Positions 19,382 through 21,846 of a DNA stretch of 21,846 nucleotides are shown here, piece by piece. Each line of letters begins with the position of its first letter. The first letter of the stretch is position 1. The position numbers and the translations under genes were made by a program. Under the pieces are notes generated by a model, which saw nothing but the letters and a program-made list of their open reading frames with translations, was not told the origin of the DNA and ran no database searches. Source of the stretch: an uncultured Acidobacteriota bacterium (GTDB lineage Bacteria; Acidobacteriota; Vicinamibacteria; Vicinamibacterales; UBA8438); the NCBI GenBank assembly GCA_913043225.1, contig CAJWLU010000038.1:1-21846 (forward strand), read 5' to 3'.

Positions 19382-20233
19382 GTGCCTGCTCATCCGGCCA
19401 TCGCGATCAACGGCCCTGGCCAGCAATACCTGTCGCTGTTCGACCAGGTGGCGGCTCTGGTAGACGGATGGGATGCCGTCGCTCTCGACGCGCCAGCCCC
19501 CGATCAGGTACGCGTGTTCTTCCAGACCTCATCCAGCCGGGATAACGCGCTCGCGTTCCTTAAACAGGCCCTGGGCTCAGTCTGCCAGATGTCCACAGTG
19601 ACGGTGAACGACCAGGACTGGGCCGCCCGGAGCCAGGCCTCCTTGGGTGCGGTCAGGGCCGGACGAATCGTCGTGGCACCCCCCTGGGCTCGGCCCGAGA
19701 CCCTGCCACCCGGTGAGTTCCTGGTGGTGGTACGACCGGCGCTGGGATTCGGGAGCGGCCACCACCCTAGCACCAGGCTAGCGCTCCGCGGACTCCAGAA
19801 GCTGACGACCTCGGGACGCGAGGTGATCGATCTGGGGACGGGGTCCGGCGTACTGGCGGTCGCGGCGGCACGGCTGGGCGCTAGGCATGTCACCGCCCTG
19901 GACCGCGACCCGGACGCCATCGCGTCGGCGCGGGAGACACTGGCCCAGAACGGCCTCGAACGGGAGGTCAGCCTGAAGGTCGCCGACATCGACGGGCTCG
20001 TCCATCCCTCGGTCCCGATCCTGCTCGCCAACCTCACCGGCGGAGCGCTGACCCGGTTCGCGCCCGCGCTCTCCCGGCTCACCGCCCCGGGCGGTTCGAT
20101 GGTGCTGTCGGGTATCCTCGCCGCGGAGGCCGACGTGGTCATCGAAGCCTACGCGCAGACCGCGACGCTGGCGTGGCGTGCACAGGAGGACGAGTGGGTC
20201 GGCATGGTCTGGACCGTAGGGCCCAGAGCCTAG
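19382..20233 (+). CDS. prmA: Ribosomal protein L11 methyltransferase
   Basis: Contains DQDWA, IVVAPPW, PALGFGSGHHPSTRL, VIDLGTGSGVLA, LLANL and VLSGIL. GTG lies 4 bp after the dnaJ stop. Confidence 0.92.
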   Translation: MPAHPAIAINGPGQQYLSLFDQVAALVDGWDAVALDAPAPDQVRVFFQTSSSRDNALAFLKQALGSVCQMSTVTVNDQDWAARSQASLGAVRAGRIVVAPPWARPETLPPGEFLVVVRPALGFGSGHHPSTRLALRGLQKLTTSGREVIDLGTGSGVLAVAAARLGARHVTALDRDPDAIASARETLAQNGLEREVSLKVADIDGLVHPSVPILLANLTGGALTRFAPALSRLTAPGGSMVLSGILAAEADVVIEAYAQTATLAWRAQEDEWVGMVWTVGPRA

Positions 20234-20238
20234 GGCCG

Positions 20239-20272
20239 CCGCCAACGCGAAACTGTCGCGCGTTGGCGGTTT
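20239..20272. terminator. Hairpin between the convergent prmA and rsmE genes
   Basis: Perfect 11-bp inverted repeat CCGCCAACGCG (20239-20249) / CGCGTTGGCGG (20259-20269) with a 9-nt loop, followed by TTT on the plus strand. Confidence 0.65.
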
Positions 20273-21002
20273 AGCCAAGGTCTCCCCAAAGATATTGCAG
20301 CACCCCCACCGCGCAGAGCGCGGCGGCATCGGCGCGCCAGGTGCGGCGTCCGAGGGTCAGCGGCCGAAACCCAGCGTCGCGCGCCAGCGCCACCTCAGCC
20401 GGGCTCCATCCACCTTCAGGTCCAACCATCAGTGTCGCCCGCGCGGGGCGCGGCTCAGCGGACAGCTGGCTCAGCGTCTCTACGGCGTCGACGGCGGCGC
20501 TCGGCTCGGCGAGCAACAACCGTACGTCGTCGTCGGCAACCTGGAGGTAGGTCGGGAACTGAAGCGACGTAGCGACCGTCGGCACCACCGCGCGGCCACA
20601 CTGCTTTGCCGACGCAACCGCGATTCGTGCCCACCGGCTGGCATCGCGTGGCCAAGTCTCCACTCGTTCAGTCTCAAGCGGCTGGACCACCGAAACCCCG
20701 ACCATCGTCAGGTCGCGCACCACATCATCCAGCTTCCGCCCCTTGAGCAGCGCGTGCGCCACCGACAGGGTCACAGATGGCTCCGCCGCTGGTTCCAGCC
20801 GAGCGCGGGGCTCAATCCGCACCACTTGTCCCTCGACCGAGATAACCTGGGCGAGATACTCATGTCCACGCCCGTCGAACACCGCTATCTCGGCGCCCTC
20901 CCCGAGGCGAAGCACCCGTGTTAGGTGGCGCCCCTCCTCAGCAGGTAGACGGACCACCTCGGACGGTCCGGAGAGATCGGGGGCATGAAAACGAGGGGGC
21001 AC
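20271..21002 (-). CDS. rsmE: 16S rRNA m3U1498 methyltransferase
   Basis: Contains RFH, EEGRHLTRVLRL..G, VFDGRG, QPLETER, AKQCGRAVVP, VGPEGGWSPAE and LGRRTWRADAA (SPOUT knot). Confidence 0.93.
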   Translation of the reverse strand: MPPRFHAPDLSGPSEVVRLPAEEGRHLTRVLRLGEGAEIAVFDGRGHEYLAQVISVEGQVVRIEPRARLEPAAEPSVTLSVAHALLKGRKLDDVVRDLTMVGVSVVQPLETERVETWPRDASRWARIAVASAKQCGRAVVPTVATSLQFPTYLQVADDDVRLLLAEPSAAVDAVETLSQLSAEPRPARATLMVGPEGGWSPAEVALARDAGFRPLTLGRRTWRADAAALCAVGVLQYLWGDLG

Positions 21003-21008
21003 GGAGGC

Positions 21009-21036
21009 AGTATAGCGGCGGGTCCTGATCTATACT
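21009..21036. promoter_or_regulatory. Back-to-back divergent -10 elements (TATACT) for rsmE and the kinase
   Basis: Minus-strand TATACT at 21014-21009 lies 6 nt before the rsmE GTG. Plus-strand TATACT at 21031-21036 lies 13 nt before the kinase ATG. Confidence 0.6.
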
Positions 21037-21049
21037 TCCCCCCGCTCGC

Positions 21050-21846
21050 ATGTTCTTCGCGAACCACACCCTCGGCAAATACAAGATCGTCTCGGCCCTA
21101 GGCAGCGGTGGCTTCGGTACGGTCTATCTCGCCGAAGACACCTGGCTCGACAAGCAGGTCGCGCTCAAGGTCCCCCACCGGCAAAACCTGAACTTCAGCG
21201 AGCTGCTGCGCGAACCCCGCCTGCTTGCCAGCCTTGATCACCCGAACATCGTCTCGATCACGACCGCCGAGAAGCAGGATGATGTCTTCTTCATCGTCAT
21301 GGAGTACGTGCCTGGTGAGACGCTGGAGACCGTCATCGCCGGCAGCGGCCGTCTGGAGGTCGACCGCGCCCTCGGATACGCACAACAGATCACTCGGGCG
21401 GTCGCCCATGCACATGGCCAGGGCATCATCCATCGCGACCTCCGCCCGGCCAATGTGCTGGTTTCGAAGGCCGATGTGCTCAAGGTCGCTGACTTCGGGA
21501 CGTCGAGGTTTCTGGAGATCGCGGCCCACGGCACCACAATCATCGGCAGCCCTTCCTATATGGCGCCGGAGCAGTTCCGTGGCGAGGCGGTGTTCGCCTC
21601 GGACCTCTACTCGCTCGGCATCACGGTCTATCAGATGCTAACCGGCGTGCTGCCCTACGACACGCCGGCGCCCAGCGACCTCGACCGACTCGCCCGAGGC
21701 GAACTGGTCCATCCGCCCCGTCAGCTCAACAGCGCCATTCCCGGCGAAATCAACGATCTGGTGATGAAGAGCCTCTCGCCCGACGTCACCGACCGCTATC
21801 AGAGGGCCAGCGAGCTGATGGCCGACCTTGAGAACATTGCGGCGGG
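21050..21846 (+). CDS. Hanks-type Ser/Thr protein kinase, 3' end beyond the window (absent from the ORF track)
   Basis: Manual translation: MFFANHTLGKYKIVSALGSGGFGTVYLAED...VALKVP...LLREPRLLASLDHPNIV...VMEYV...HRDLRPANVL...KVADFG...GSPSYMAPEQ...SDLYSLG...MLTGVLPY. The frame stays open to the window end. Confidence 0.95.
   Translation, partial: MFFANHTLGKYKIVSALGSGGFGTVYLAEDTWLDKQVALKVPHRQNLNFSELLREPRLLASLDHPNIVSITTAEKQDDVFFIVMEYVPGETLETVIAGSGRLEVDRALGYAQQITRAVAHAHGQGIIHRDLRPANVLVSKADVLKVADFGTSRFLEIAAHGTTIIGSPSYMAPEQFRGEAVFASDLYSLGITVYQMLTGVLPYDTPAPSDLDRLARGELVHPPRQLNSAIPGEINDLVMKSLSPDVTDRYQRASELMADLENIAA

Overview
GC-rich bacterial chromosomal window of mostly core housekeeping genes. Gene content (DUF1844-MBL-ribF next to mazG, bshC, PEGA proteins, Hanks kinases) suggests Acidobacteriota, possibly Vicinamibacteria-like; this is an inference. 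Minus strand: partial tRNA-Gly(GCC), a YraN remnant, cysS, a small degenerate RsbW-like protein, ribF, a PhnP-like MBL hydrolase and DUF1844, then mazG on plus. Next come a decayed comEC remnant, carB, carA and a membrane pseudokinase-PEGA gene coupled to carA. Plus strand: bshC, a PrsA-like PPIase lipoprotein, an XdhC/CoxI protein and hrcA-grpE-dnaJ-prmA without dnaK, then a convergent rsmE and a Ser/Thr kinase running off the right edge (missing from the ORF track). I saw no mobile element, CRISPR array or defence island, and no clearly new multi-gene system. The most interesting items are the pseudokinase-PEGA receptor heading the carAB operon (possible CTG start, possible internal start), a recurring TATACT-N6-start-codon leaderless signature, and gene scars (comEC, yraN) in intergenic gaps.
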